Below are positions 9,208 through 18,454 of a stretch of 64,000 nucleotides of DNA, piece after piece. The first letter of the stretch is position 1; every line of letters starts with the position of its first letter. The notes below the pieces were generated by a model. It had not been told where the DNA came from. It did not search any database and saw nothing but the letters and a program-made list of their open reading frames with translations. The stretch covers positions 10,224-74,223 of the forward strand of contig DATIYL010000013.1 in NCBI GenBank assembly GCA_035517635.1, written 5' to 3'. A program made the translations under genes and the position numbers. This DNA comes from Stellaceae bacterium (GTDB lineage: Bacteria > Pseudomonadota > Alphaproteobacteria > ATCC43930 > CGMCC-115725).

Positions 9208-10575
9208 ATGCTGCAGAAACTACGCGTAGAGGCCGAAGTCGCGAATGCCTATAGAGACCACGTCAACCCGCAATGGGTGAAGTTTCTCGACACTCTGCAA
9301 ATGAACGTCGCCTACCTCCGATGCACGGGCGCGGAGCTTCACACAACGGACGGCCGGGTGATCCTGGACTTCATCTCGGGCTACTGTGTCCACAATATCG
9401 GTCACAACCACCCTCGCCTGGTGGCCGCGCTCAAGGCAGAGCTGGACCGCGCGGGCCCCGCCATGCTGCAAAGCCATGTCTCGGATTTGGCGGGAGAGCT
9501 TGCCCAGAAGCTGTGTCGGCGCAGCGGCGGCCGGCTGGCGAAAGCTTTCTTCGCGAGTTCAGGCAGTGAGGGCGTCGAAACCGTCATCAAGTTCGCGCGC
9601 GCGCATACCGGACGAAGCGGCATCGTTTATGCGGCAGGAGGCTTCCACGGCCTCACCTGCGGCGCGCTCTCGCTGATGTCGAACGGGTTCTGGACCGAAC
9701 GGTTCGGGCCCTTCCTGCCGGAGACGTCTTCCGTTCCCTTCGGCGATGTCGACGCCTTGGAGCGCAAGCTGGCGACCCGGGCCATTGCCGCCTTTGTACT
9801 CGAGCCGATTCAGGCCGAGAGCGGCGTGCTTCTCGCGCCATCGACGTATCTGCGCGAGGCTCAGGCGCTCTGCCGGCGCTACGGGACGCTTTTCGTTCTC
9901 GACGAGGTGCAGACCGGCCTATATCGAACCGGCCCCTTCCTGGCCGCGCACCATTTCGGCGTCGAGCCCGACATGGTGATACTCGCCAAGGCGCTCAGCG
10001 GCGGTCTTGTTCCCTGCAGCGCCGTGCTGATGTCGGATCCGATCTACCACTCGGTCTACAGCTCGTTGCGGCGTGCCGTCATCCACACATCGACCTACAG
10101 CGAAAACAGCCTGGCGATGCGCGCCGGTCTCGCCACGCTCGACATCCTGGAAGATGAAGGGCTCGGACCGCGCGCGGCGAAAGCGGGCGAGGCTCTCCGC
10201 GCTGCGCTCACCGATCGCCTCGCCAAATATGAAATGGTCGGGGATGTTCGCGGCCTCGGGCTCCTCAACGCCATCGAGTTCAGAGCGCCGCGCTCGCCAT
10301 CCCTGCAGATCCCGTTCCTGGCGTTTGCTCACATCCACCCGGCATTGTTCGGGCAGATGCTGGTCAGGCGACTGTTCAGGGATCATGGCATCCTGAGCCA
10401 GATCTGCGGCAACAACTTCATGGCGCTGAAAGTTGCGCCGCCTCTCATCATCCATGACGCGCAGCTCGAGCGCTATGTGAGCGCCGTCGAGCAGCTCGTC
10501 CATTCATTGCACACGTCAAAGGCGTTTTGGTCCGATGCGCTCGGCATTGGGCGGCGAGCCCTGGCGTCGATCTGA
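9208..10575 (+). CDS. Class-III PLP-dependent aminotransferase
   Basis: SGSEGVETVIKFAR, DEVQTGLYRTG, PLP-lysine context ILAKALSGG. Start set at Met 9208 (MLQKLRVEAE). Confidence 0.85.
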   Translation: MLQKLRVEAEVANAYRDHVNPQWVKFLDTLQMNVAYLRCTGAELHTTDGRVILDFISGYCVHNIGHNHPRLVAALKAELDRAGPAMLQSHVSDLAGELAQKLCRRSGGRLAKAFFASSGSEGVETVIKFARAHTGRSGIVYAAGGFHGLTCGALSLMSNGFWTERFGPFLPETSSVPFGDVDALERKLATRAIAAFVLEPIQAESGVLLAPSTYLREAQALCRRYGTLFVLDEVQTGLYRTGPFLAAHHFGVEPDMVILAKALSGGLVPCSAVLMSDPIYHSVYSSLRRAVIHTSTYSENSLAMRAGLATLDILEDEGLGPRAAKAGEALRAALTDRLAKYEMVGDVRGLGLLNAIEFRAPRSPSLQIPFLAFAHIHPALFGQMLVRRLFRDHGILSQICGNNFMALKVAPPLIIHDAQLERYVSAVEQLVHSLHTSKAFWSDALGIGRRALASI

Positions 10576-10607
10576 ATCGATCCGATTTTCTGAAAGGAAT
10601 TTCAGCC

Positions 10608-11735
10608 ATGGATTCTTCTGGCTTGCTCGCTGTCGAGCCGATGCAACGCATGCGGATTGCCGGCATCGCGAGCGCCCTGCCGAAGCACCGTTACGGTCAG
10701 CACGCCATCACCGAAGCGCTGAAGGGGCTTTGGCGCAACAGGCTGGAAAATCCCGAACTGCTCGACCGTCTCCATAGCCGCACCGGCGTCGATTCGCGCC
10801 ATCTGGCGTTTCCGCTGCAACGCTATGCAGAGTTCTCCTCGTGGGGAGAAACGAATGCCGCCTGGCTGGAAGTCGCCGGAGAGCTCGGTGTCGCGGCGAT
10901 CGACGGTGCGCTGCGCAATGCCGGGATGCAACGCCATGATCTGGACGCGCTCTTCGTCGTCTCGATCACGGGCATCGCCAGCCCGTCGCTTGACGCGCGC
11001 CTCATCAATCGCCTCGGTCTGCGCCCGGACATAAAGCGCACGCCCATCTTCGGCGTCGGCTGCGCCGGTGGTGCGATCGGCCTCTCCCGCGCCGCCGACT
11101 ATGCGCGCGGTTACCCTCGTCATTGCGCCGCGATTCTCGCCGTCGAGGCCTGCTCGCTGACATTGCAGCGAGACGATCTATCGACTGCGAACCTGATTTC
11201 GACCGGGCTCTTCGGCGACGGCGCCGCCGCCGTTATCGTTGCCGGCGAGCAGAGAGCGGGTGACCTCGTGTCCGAAGAGCAACATCCGTCTGCCCATTCA
11301 AGGCCGAGGATATTGGGATCCGGCTCGGTCTTCTATCCCGACTCAGAAGACGTCATGGGTTGGGAAATCTCGCAACAGGGGCTGCGGATCGTGCTGTCGC
11401 CGCGGCTGCCGGACGTCATCGAGGAGAACCTGGCCGGCGATGTGGATGCTTTCCTGGACAGATACGGTCTCTGCCGCGCGGACATCGGAAGCTGGGTGAT
11501 CCATACCGGCGGGCCCAAGGTCTTGCGCGCGATCCAGGACTCCCTTGATCTCCGAGACCGCGATCTCGATCGCTCGTGGGATTGTCTCAGCCGGTTCGGG
11601 AATCTGTCTTCCGCCTCGGTGCTGCTCGTGCTCGAAGACGTCGTCGCGAATCACCCGCCGCCTCCCGGGACGTACGGCCTGCTGCTCGCTATGGGACCCG
11701 GCTTCTGCTCCGAAATGGTGCTGCTGCAATGGTGA
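10608..11735 (+). CDS. Type III polyketide synthase (chalcone/stilbene synthase family)
   Basis: Cys-His-Asn triad contexts FGVGCAGGA, VIHTGGPKVL, RFGNLSSASV. SD GAAAGGAA at 10592-10599 precedes ATG 10608. Confidence 0.85.
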   Translation: MDSSGLLAVEPMQRMRIAGIASALPKHRYGQHAITEALKGLWRNRLENPELLDRLHSRTGVDSRHLAFPLQRYAEFSSWGETNAAWLEVAGELGVAAIDGALRNAGMQRHDLDALFVVSITGIASPSLDARLINRLGLRPDIKRTPIFGVGCAGGAIGLSRAADYARGYPRHCAAILAVEACSLTLQRDDLSTANLISTGLFGDGAAAVIVAGEQRAGDLVSEEQHPSAHSRPRILGSGSVFYPDSEDVMGWEISQQGLRIVLSPRLPDVIEENLAGDVDAFLDRYGLCRADIGSWVIHTGGPKVLRAIQDSLDLRDRDLDRSWDCLSRFGNLSSASVLLVLEDVVANHPPPPGTYGLLLAMGPGFCSEMVLLQW

Positions 11736-12967
11736 GCCTTGGCGGGCCGGTCACGGAAGCGGACGTCCTCGTGATCGGCGGCGGTCCGGCCGGCCTTGCC
11801 GCGGCTCTGGCTGCTCGCGAGCAAGGTCTCAGCGTCGTCCTCGCGGATCGGGGACAGCCGCCGCTCGACAAGGCCTGTGGCGAAGGCTTGTTGCCGGATG
11901 GCGTCGCCGCCTTGCAGGGTGCGGGTGTCGAGCCGAACCCGCGTGAAGCGTTTCCGCTCCGCGGTATCCGCTTTATCGAAGCCGATCTCGCGGCCGAGGC
12001 ATCGTTCCCGGAGGGCCATGGCCTCGGCCTTCGGCGCACGCGCCTGCATCGGTTATTGGCGGAGCGGGCCCATGATGTCGGCGTGAAATTGCACTGGCGC
12101 ACGCAGATCGATGCCGACGATCCTGATCGGATGCGCATCGGCGGCCGCGCCGTTGATTGTCGATGGATCGTCGGTGCGGACGGCGTTCAGTCCCGTATTC
12201 GCCGGGCGATCGGGTTGGCGCCGGCTTGGACCGGCCCTCGCCGGATCGGCGTGCGGCAGCATTTTCGTCTCCGCCCGTGGTCCGATTTCGTCGAGGTGCA
12301 TTGGTGCCGCGGAACCCAAGCCTACGTCACGCCGGTCGGGACGGACGAGGTTTGTATCGCTGTTCTCGGCGGCGGGGCGGCCGCGCGCCTGGCGGATATC
12401 ACGACGATGTTTCCCGCGCTCGCGCGGCGGCTGAGCGGCGCCGAACGAATCGGCCCGATGCGCGGCGCCGTATCGGCCTCTCTCTCGCTGCGCGCCGTCT
12501 CGCGGGGAAAAGTCGCTTTGGTCGGCGATGCGTCGGGCATGGTCGACGCGATCACGGGTGAGGGAGTGTCGTTGGCGCTGCAACAGGCGACCGCTCTGGG
12601 GGTGGCCTTCGGTATCGGCGATCTCACACGCTACGAGGCAGCTCATCGCCGCATGCTCCGAAGGCCACTGCTGATGGCGCGCTTGTTGCTCCTGATGGGC
12701 GCACATGATCGCTTGCGCCACAGCGCCCTGCGCGCGTTGGCGGAGCGGCCGCGCCTGTTCGAGCATTTGCTGGCCGTACATCTGGACCGCCGCAATCCAG
12801 CGGCGCGCCCATTCGAGCTCTGCCGACTTGGGTTGCGCTTGCTCCAAGGAGGCCTGCCCCCGTTAACCGAGGCGCAAGGCGCGGCAGGCTTTGCTCCCGA
12901 GCGGCAAGAGGTGTGGATCGGCTCGAGGGAGCAATACCTCGGTCGATCTGCGGAACGTGACTCGTGA
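11729..12967 (+). CDS. FAD-dependent oxidoreductase (geranylgeranyl-reductase / aromatic hydroxylase-like)
   Basis: DVLVIGGGPAGLAAALAA dinucleotide fold; GDASGMVDAITGEG. ATG 11729 overlaps the PKS stop at 11733-11735. Confidence 0.75.
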   Translation: MVSLGGPVTEADVLVIGGGPAGLAAALAAREQGLSVVLADRGQPPLDKACGEGLLPDGVAALQGAGVEPNPREAFPLRGIRFIEADLAAEASFPEGHGLGLRRTRLHRLLAERAHDVGVKLHWRTQIDADDPDRMRIGGRAVDCRWIVGADGVQSRIRRAIGLAPAWTGPRRIGVRQHFRLRPWSDFVEVHWCRGTQAYVTPVGTDEVCIAVLGGGAAARLADITTMFPALARRLSGAERIGPMRGAVSASLSLRAVSRGKVALVGDASGMVDAITGEGVSLALQQATALGVAFGIGDLTRYEAAHRRMLRRPLLMARLLLLMGAHDRLRHSALRALAERPRLFEHLLAVHLDRRNPAARPFELCRLGLRLLQGGLPPLTEAQGAAGFAPERQEVWIGSREQYLGRSAERDS

Positions 12968-13239
12968 AAGTCGGTCCCGTCATCTCGATGGCAGCGGCGA
13001 TCGCACTTGCGGGATGCGTCGCCGTCTGGGGCGGCGCCTACGAGGTCGAATCGGCTGACGCGCAGGCGGTGATCATCAAATATGACGGGCACTTCACCTC
13101 TGCGGACAAAATCCGCGGAGTTGCCCAGGCGAACTGCTCCCGATACGGCGAAGACGCGATCCCGCAGCGCGAGTCCACGAGCGTATGGGGCCTGACCACC
13201 GCTGGGTTTGCGTGCGTCACGCAGCAATCCCGACGCTAG
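12964..13239 (+). CDS. Small lipoprotein, unknown function
   Basis: GTG 12964 overlaps TGA of the flavoprotein (GTGA). Lipobox AIALAGC. Confidence 0.45.
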   Translation: MKVGPVISMAAAIALAGCVAVWGGAYEVESADAQAVIIKYDGHFTSADKIRGVAQANCSRYGEDAIPQRESTSVWGLTTAGFACVTQQSRR

Positions 13240-13374
13240 GCGCGGGCTTCAGCCGGCGGTCGTGACGCGACGCCATAGCTCTTGGACCTTCTACACACAA
13301 CTCCGACGACGACGCTCCTAGCTTGCGCCTGAAGGCCGCCTGCTCCGGCGCGGCTCGTCAGACAGACCGATTTT

Positions 13375-15021
13375 GTGTCCCTAGTTCCCGTTGGCCAAGA
13401 AAGCCTGCTCGAACGGCCGAGCGCGTTGCCGCCGCGGGCCGCGTCGAGGAGAAACCGTCCAGCGTCGCGGCGCACGCGAGGAGCCGTCCAGTGGCTGGTG
13501 GCGTGCCCCGATCTGCCGGTTGTGGCCGGCGTCCTGGCAATTCTATCCATCGCTCTCCTGGCGATTGCTGTTCCCGGAGTGACGATCGGTTTCGATTTCG
13601 AAAAATCTTACAATGAAGGCTGGAACGCCTACCAAGCGGCACGGGCCGCCGCGGGCCAAGTCTTGTACAATGGCGATCCGGCCCGGCTCGTCAACTATCC
13701 CTTTCTTTCCTTTTACATCATCGCCTGGCTGAAGCCGCTTTTCGGCAATGTTCTTTTGATCGGACGCGGGCTCAACGCCCTGTCTTTCGCGATGACCGGC
13801 GTTCTGAGTGCACTTATCGTCAGGCGCTTGGGCGGTAGCGGCATCGGAATGCTGTTCGGTGCCGCCTGCACCCTCGCCTTTCAATCGATCCAGGCGCAGA
13901 CCTGGATCGCGGTCGACGAGCCGCAGATGCTGGCCGAAGCTTTGATGCTCGGCGGACTTCTCTGCTATGTCTCTGGACCTCGAACCTTCTGCCGACTCGC
14001 CGGATCCGCGCTGCTTTTTGCCGCGGGCGGCTTCGTCAAGCAGCTCCTGATCGCGATTCCGTTCGCCGTCACGCTGGACGTGCTGGGCAACGATCGCCGA
14101 CGCTTTGTCGTCTGGTGTCTCTGCGGCGCGCTCGCAATCATAGCCTTTTCGGCGCTGAGCAGTTTGGTCGCCGGTGGCGATTTCTGGTCGGAGATTTTTA
14201 CCCCAAGGATCTATCACTGGAGCCGACTGCCCTATCACGGCAGAAAGCTGCTGATCGCGTTCAAGTGGCCGCTCGTCGCGAGCCTCGTCTACTGGTTGCG
14301 GTCTCCACCGCCGCGTTACGCGGCTCTGATGCGCGGCTATGGCGCCGCGGCGTTGCTGTCCGGCGTCGTCTTGTCGGGGATGGATGGCGTTGCCAGCAAT
14401 ATCTTTCTCGATTTCACCGTGTTCATGGGGATGACCTGCGGCTTGGCGCTCGAACGCTGGCGCCGGGCGCTGAGAGGTCGAGCGTCGGGTGCGCTCGCCG
14501 GGGCGGCGCTGCCGGCACTCCTGGCACTTCCGGTCCTGACGAGATTGCTGCCCAGCCTGCATCCTCTCTTCAACTTCGCTGCGACGATGCAGGATTGCCG
14601 GGATCAGGAAGCCGACTTTCAGAAGGCGAAGGCATTCTTGCGGGTGCAGACCGGTGCGGTCCTCTGCGAAAACCTTTTGCTGTGCTTAGAAAGCGGCAAG
14701 CCCTTGCTTGTCGATCCCTTCAACCTCCGCGGCGAAGTGCTTGTCGGGCGCGTCAGCCAAGCGGCCATGACCGGCGAGATCGCGCGCCTGCGCTTCCGGA
14801 TCATCGAATTGCCCACATACGTCTACGAGCGGGCGCATCCCGGACAATTTACGCCGTATCTGCTCGAGCAGGCGCGTTTCACGGAGGACACGCTCAAAGC
14901 GATAGGGGCGTCCTACGCGCCGCGCTTTCGCACGGATCACGCGGTCTTCCTCTTTCCCCGCCCGGATACGCCGCAGGATCAGGCAAGTGCTCATATCGTC
15001 GCTCCGGTACCGAGGGATTGA
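13375..15021 (+). CDS. Polytopic membrane protein, GT-C-like (ArnT/PMT-type fold suspected)
   Basis: About 10 hydrophobic segments followed by a ~150-aa soluble C-terminal domain. GTG start is uncertain. Confidence 0.45.
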   Translation: MSLVPVGQESLLERPSALPPRAASRRNRPASRRTRGAVQWLVACPDLPVVAGVLAILSIALLAIAVPGVTIGFDFEKSYNEGWNAYQAARAAAGQVLYNGDPARLVNYPFLSFYIIAWLKPLFGNVLLIGRGLNALSFAMTGVLSALIVRRLGGSGIGMLFGAACTLAFQSIQAQTWIAVDEPQMLAEALMLGGLLCYVSGPRTFCRLAGSALLFAAGGFVKQLLIAIPFAVTLDVLGNDRRRFVVWCLCGALAIIAFSALSSLVAGGDFWSEIFTPRIYHWSRLPYHGRKLLIAFKWPLVASLVYWLRSPPPRYAALMRGYGAAALLSGVVLSGMDGVASNIFLDFTVFMGMTCGLALERWRRALRGRASGALAGAALPALLALPVLTRLLPSLHPLFNFAATMQDCRDQEADFQKAKAFLRVQTGAVLCENLLLCLESGKPLLVDPFNLRGEVLVGRVSQAAMTGEIARLRFRIIELPTYVYERAHPGQFTPYLLEQARFTEDTLKAIGASYAPRFRTDHAVFLFPRPDTPQDQASAHIVAPVPRD

Positions 15022-15056
15022 ACGAAGGCGCCCGGGCGGCGCCGCAGTGCTCGCAT

Positions 15057-16892
15057 TCAGCGATGTGTGGTCGGAACCGCCGCGTGGAGAGCGGGAAGCT
15101 CGAACTCGACGACGAGCCCGTGCGGGTCGTTGTTCCTGGCACGGACGTTGCCGTCATGGAGCTGGACAACGCGCTGGCAGATGGCGAGGCCGATCCCCGT
15201 GCCGCCCGTTTCGCGCGCTCTCGCCTCGTCAACTCGGTAGAAAGGCTCGAAGAGATGCGCCAATGCCGGCTCCGGCACGCCTGGCCCGTGATCGGCCACG
15301 GTTAGGGCGACAAGGCCGGGCGCTTTGTTGGAAAGGCTGATCTCCACTTTGGTGCTTTCTGCCGTATAAAAGATCGCGTTTCTCACCACGTTCTCGATAG
15401 CCCGGCGCAGCAGGTCGGCATCGCCAAGAACGAGCGCGGGCCTCTCGAGACGCAAGACGATGTCGCGCGCGCGATCCGGCTTCTCGAACCGCGCATCGGC
15501 CACGATCTCTTGGACGACGTCCGCGAGGTCGACCGTAGTGAATTCGGACGGTACGGCCGAGCCGTCGAGACGGGCGAGGGTCAGCAGCTCGCTTGCCAAG
15601 GCGGAGATGTTCTGCACCTCTCGCTCGATTCGGTCGAACTGCCGCTGCCGATCGGATTCCGGGGATCGGCGCGCCAGGCCGAGTGCCATGCTGAGCCGCG
15701 CGAGCGGCGACTTGATCTCATGCGAGATATCCCCGATGAAGCGTCGTTGCGCGGTCATCGCAGCTTCGAGTTCCGTGGTTCGGGCGGCGATCTTCGCTTC
15801 GAGCGTCTGGTTGAGCGCAGCGAGCTCGCGGAGAAATTGCTCGCGTTCGCGCGTCGTGCGCTCGAGATTCTCCGTCATGCGGTTGAACGAATGCGCGAGC
15901 GAGCCGAGCTCATCCGATGACGTGATCGGCGCGCGCGCCTCGAGCTTATCGGTATCCGCGATCTCCCGTACCACCCGGGTCAGGTCGGCGATGGGAGCCG
16001 TCAGACGTTGCGAAAGCCAGCGACCCAAAATGACGATCGGCAGGCCGAGAACGGCGCCAAGAAGCGCCAGCTCCAGCGCGACCCAATGCAAGGGGCGGGT
16101 GGCGGCTTTCGAAGCCTGCAGCGTGACAACCTGCCAATTGGCCAATAGGCCGCTACGGGGCAGCGACCGGCCGGCGACGAAGCGGCTGGCCAGGTTGCGG
16201 TCCTGTTTCCGACCAGGATCGAAATCCGTTTGCGACGCCAAATCCGCGGGATTGGCCGCGAGGACCCTCGCGTGTTCCCCTTTCTCCAACAGGAGCGTGC
16301 CGTATTCGAGACCGAACAGCTGATTCTCGACCGACGACCACGGATACGTCATCACCAGCGTGCCGATACGATAGCTTCGGTCGAACGTACCGAAAACGGG
16401 GACCGCCAGCGCGATGATCTGATGTCTCGTTATCGGATCCGTTTCCTTGTCGAAAAAGACGAGATGGGGGCTATCGCTCTTCCACTGCGAGGGAAGTCCA
16501 ATCCGGCTTGCGTCGATCGGATAGGCCCCAGAACTCGCGAGCAGCTTTCCGGCGGCGTCGAACGCATAGATATCGCCGGCCAGGCCGTAGAGGCGCTTCA
16601 GCGCTTCGAGCGTCTCAGCCACCCGCTTGTCGATGTCGCCCGACACCAGGTCATTCATCACGTCGAGTTCCGACCACGCCCTGAGGTCCGTCGCCAGTGC
16701 GCCGATCACATTCACGAGCTGCTCGTATTTCAGGTCCGCGAGCTGATTGAGGGAGGTTGCATCGGATTCGAGCAATGACGCCCGGACCCCGGAATAGACG
16801 ACAATGGCGGTGGCGAAGTAGGTGGCGACATAGATGCTGAGGAGCGCCGCCAGGATCCGCCGTGGAATCGAGCGGGAGATAAAGCCGATCAC
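15057..16892 (-). CDS. Sensor histidine kinase with large periplasmic Cache-like domain and HAMP
   Basis: TM1 ILAALLSIYVATYFATAIVVY, ~250-aa periplasmic region, TM2, HAMP. H-box FIGDISHEIKSPL; HATPase VRNAIFYT, DHGPGVP, GTGIGLAI. GTG start. Confidence 0.85.
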   Translation of the reverse strand: MIGFISRSIPRRILAALLSIYVATYFATAIVVYSGVRASLLESDATSLNQLADLKYEQLVNVIGALATDLRAWSELDVMNDLVSGDIDKRVAETLEALKRLYGLAGDIYAFDAAGKLLASSGAYPIDASRIGLPSQWKSDSPHLVFFDKETDPITRHQIIALAVPVFGTFDRSYRIGTLVMTYPWSSVENQLFGLEYGTLLLEKGEHARVLAANPADLASQTDFDPGRKQDRNLASRFVAGRSLPRSGLLANWQVVTLQASKAATRPLHWVALELALLGAVLGLPIVILGRWLSQRLTAPIADLTRVVREIADTDKLEARAPITSSDELGSLAHSFNRMTENLERTTREREQFLRELAALNQTLEAKIAARTTELEAAMTAQRRFIGDISHEIKSPLARLSMALGLARRSPESDRQRQFDRIEREVQNISALASELLTLARLDGSAVPSEFTTVDLADVVQEIVADARFEKPDRARDIVLRLERPALVLGDADLLRRAIENVVRNAIFYTAESTKVEISLSNKAPGLVALTVADHGPGVPEPALAHLFEPFYRVDEARARETGGTGIGLAICQRVVQLHDGNVRARNNDPHGLVVEFELPALHAAVPTTHR

Positions 16893-16916
16893 CGACGCCG
16901 CCTCCGGGCGCAGCCA

Positions 16917-17345
16917 TCATGGAACATGGGCCAGAACCTTGACGCCCGCCGGCGCAGTGGACGCGCTGATATAGCCAATCGATCCGGGCACGTTCCGGAT
17001 GAAAGCCAGCATGGCTTGCTCGGATTCCTGCACGACTGGCGGCAGCTTGCCCATATAGTGCATCTCGTTCCAATACGCCGCGAGGCTCGCATCATCCGCT
17101 TGCAAGACATCTGCCGTGAACTCGGCCCTCGTCTCGCTGGTCGCGTCGCGATTAACCGGGACAATGTGGCTGCCGTCGGGCCAGGCAGTCACCCGAAGCA
17201 GATAGATCGCGGCGATTTGGCTCAAGGTCAATGGCGCGGGCGAGACGACTGACGGATTGGCGATGATGAGTAGGCCCGCAGCCTTTGCCGAATTTGCAAA
17301 CAGCAGCCCCGCAACGATGGCGATCGCAAGGTGCAGCCGCGTCAT
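16917..17345 (-). CDS. Half-size periplasmic PstS/PBP-like binding protein
   Basis: Signal peptide MTRLHLAIAIVAGLLFANSAKA. Body LTLSQIAAIYL...WPDG...VPVNR resembles lobe 1 of phosphate-type PBPs. Only 142 aa. Confidence 0.55.
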   Translation of the reverse strand: MTRLHLAIAIVAGLLFANSAKAAGLLIIANPSVVSPAPLTLSQIAAIYLLRVTAWPDGSHIVPVNRDATSETRAEFTADVLQADDASLAAYWNEMHYMGKLPPVVQESEQAMLAFIRNVPGSIGYISASTAPAGVKVLAHVP

Positions 17346-17354
17346 CGTCGCGGC

Positions 17355-18371
17355 TCAGAAGAGGACGGCCCAAGAAGCAAAAACTCCCGTGGGATTGACC
17401 GGCGGCCCCCCGAAATTTTGCAGATACTCCACTCTGAAAACCATGGGCGGCTGTGGCCGGTAGGCTACGCCGAACAGCAGATCATCGGCGGGCGACGGGG
17501 AGGATCGGTCCCCGAAGCCCTCGTACCACGAATAAGCGGACCATTTGTCGGTAAAGGCATAGGAGGCGGCGGCGTAGGCGCCCCATTCGGTGTTGTGAAT
17601 GTGAACGGCGGGCGGCCGAGATAGAGCGGAAACGGTTCCTTCCCCCTGCAACGTGACTTTGCCGAGGGTGTAGTGGAAATCGGCACCGAACAGCGACTGA
17701 TCGACCCCCTGCACGTCGCGGGACTGCTGAAACGAGACGCCGACCATGTCGAGCAGACCGATGGGAAAACTGACATGGGCTCCCTCGACCTGCTTGTACT
17801 GATGAAACGTGATCGTGCTCGGCCGCTCGGAAAACTCGCTAGCCGGCTGCCAGTAAACCTGAATGTCCGGGAATTTCGAGAATGGGTCGCTGTAGAGGGC
17901 GGAAACGCCCGTCGCATATTCGCTGAAATTCCGTTCAGTGACGGCCGGTCGCACCGTGGTCAGCACCAGAGGTGCCGCGTGGATTTGGTTCCACTCGCCC
18001 ACGGGCGTCAACATTTTGCCGATGCGAAGGGTGGCCGCGTCGGTCAAATAGGAATCGTTGTAAAGACGTTCCAGGACGAAATCGCCGTCGCCGTGGTCTG
18101 GTCCGGTCGGACCCGAGCGAACGAGGTCGAAGTCGGTGAGCTCCGCTTCGGTAAAGGGGTTGAAGAATCGGCCGAGATGGCCGGTGACGAAGAGGCTCAA
18201 ATCCTCGAGGGCAAGCGACTTCGTCCCGCTGGTCGGCAGGTTTCCGACCAGATTGCTGTAGCCCGCCAGGTTGAAGGGGCCGAGATCGTAGCCGTGTCCG
18301 AGCTGATAGCCGCTGTCGGCGCGAGCGGCCGACTCGGCGAGGCCCCAAGTGAGGCAAAGCAGTACGAGCAA
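17355..18371 (-). CDS. Outer-membrane beta-barrel protein
   Basis: Alternating aromatic/Gly-rich strands; C-terminus ...FASWAVLF (terminal Phe). Track start is TTG. The in-frame upstream sequence ...LRWR would supply the missing positive n-region. Confidence 0.5.
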   Translation of the reverse strand: MLVLLCLTWGLAESAARADSGYQLGHGYDLGPFNLAGYSNLVGNLPTSGTKSLALEDLSLFVTGHLGRFFNPFTEAELTDFDLVRSGPTGPDHGDGDFVLERLYNDSYLTDAATLRIGKMLTPVGEWNQIHAAPLVLTTVRPAVTERNFSEYATGVSALYSDPFSKFPDIQVYWQPASEFSERPSTITFHQYKQVEGAHVSFPIGLLDMVGVSFQQSRDVQGVDQSLFGADFHYTLGKVTLQGEGTVSALSRPPAVHIHNTEWGAYAAASYAFTDKWSAYSWYEGFGDRSSPSPADDLLFGVAYRPQPPMVFRVEYLQNFGGPPVNPTGVFASWAVLF

Positions 18372-18454
18372 CCGCCAACGCAGGAAGAGCGGGTTCCTCT
18401 GATTTGAAATTCGACTCTCTCCCTCGGAGGCGGGGCGCAGCGCGTGAAAGCGGC

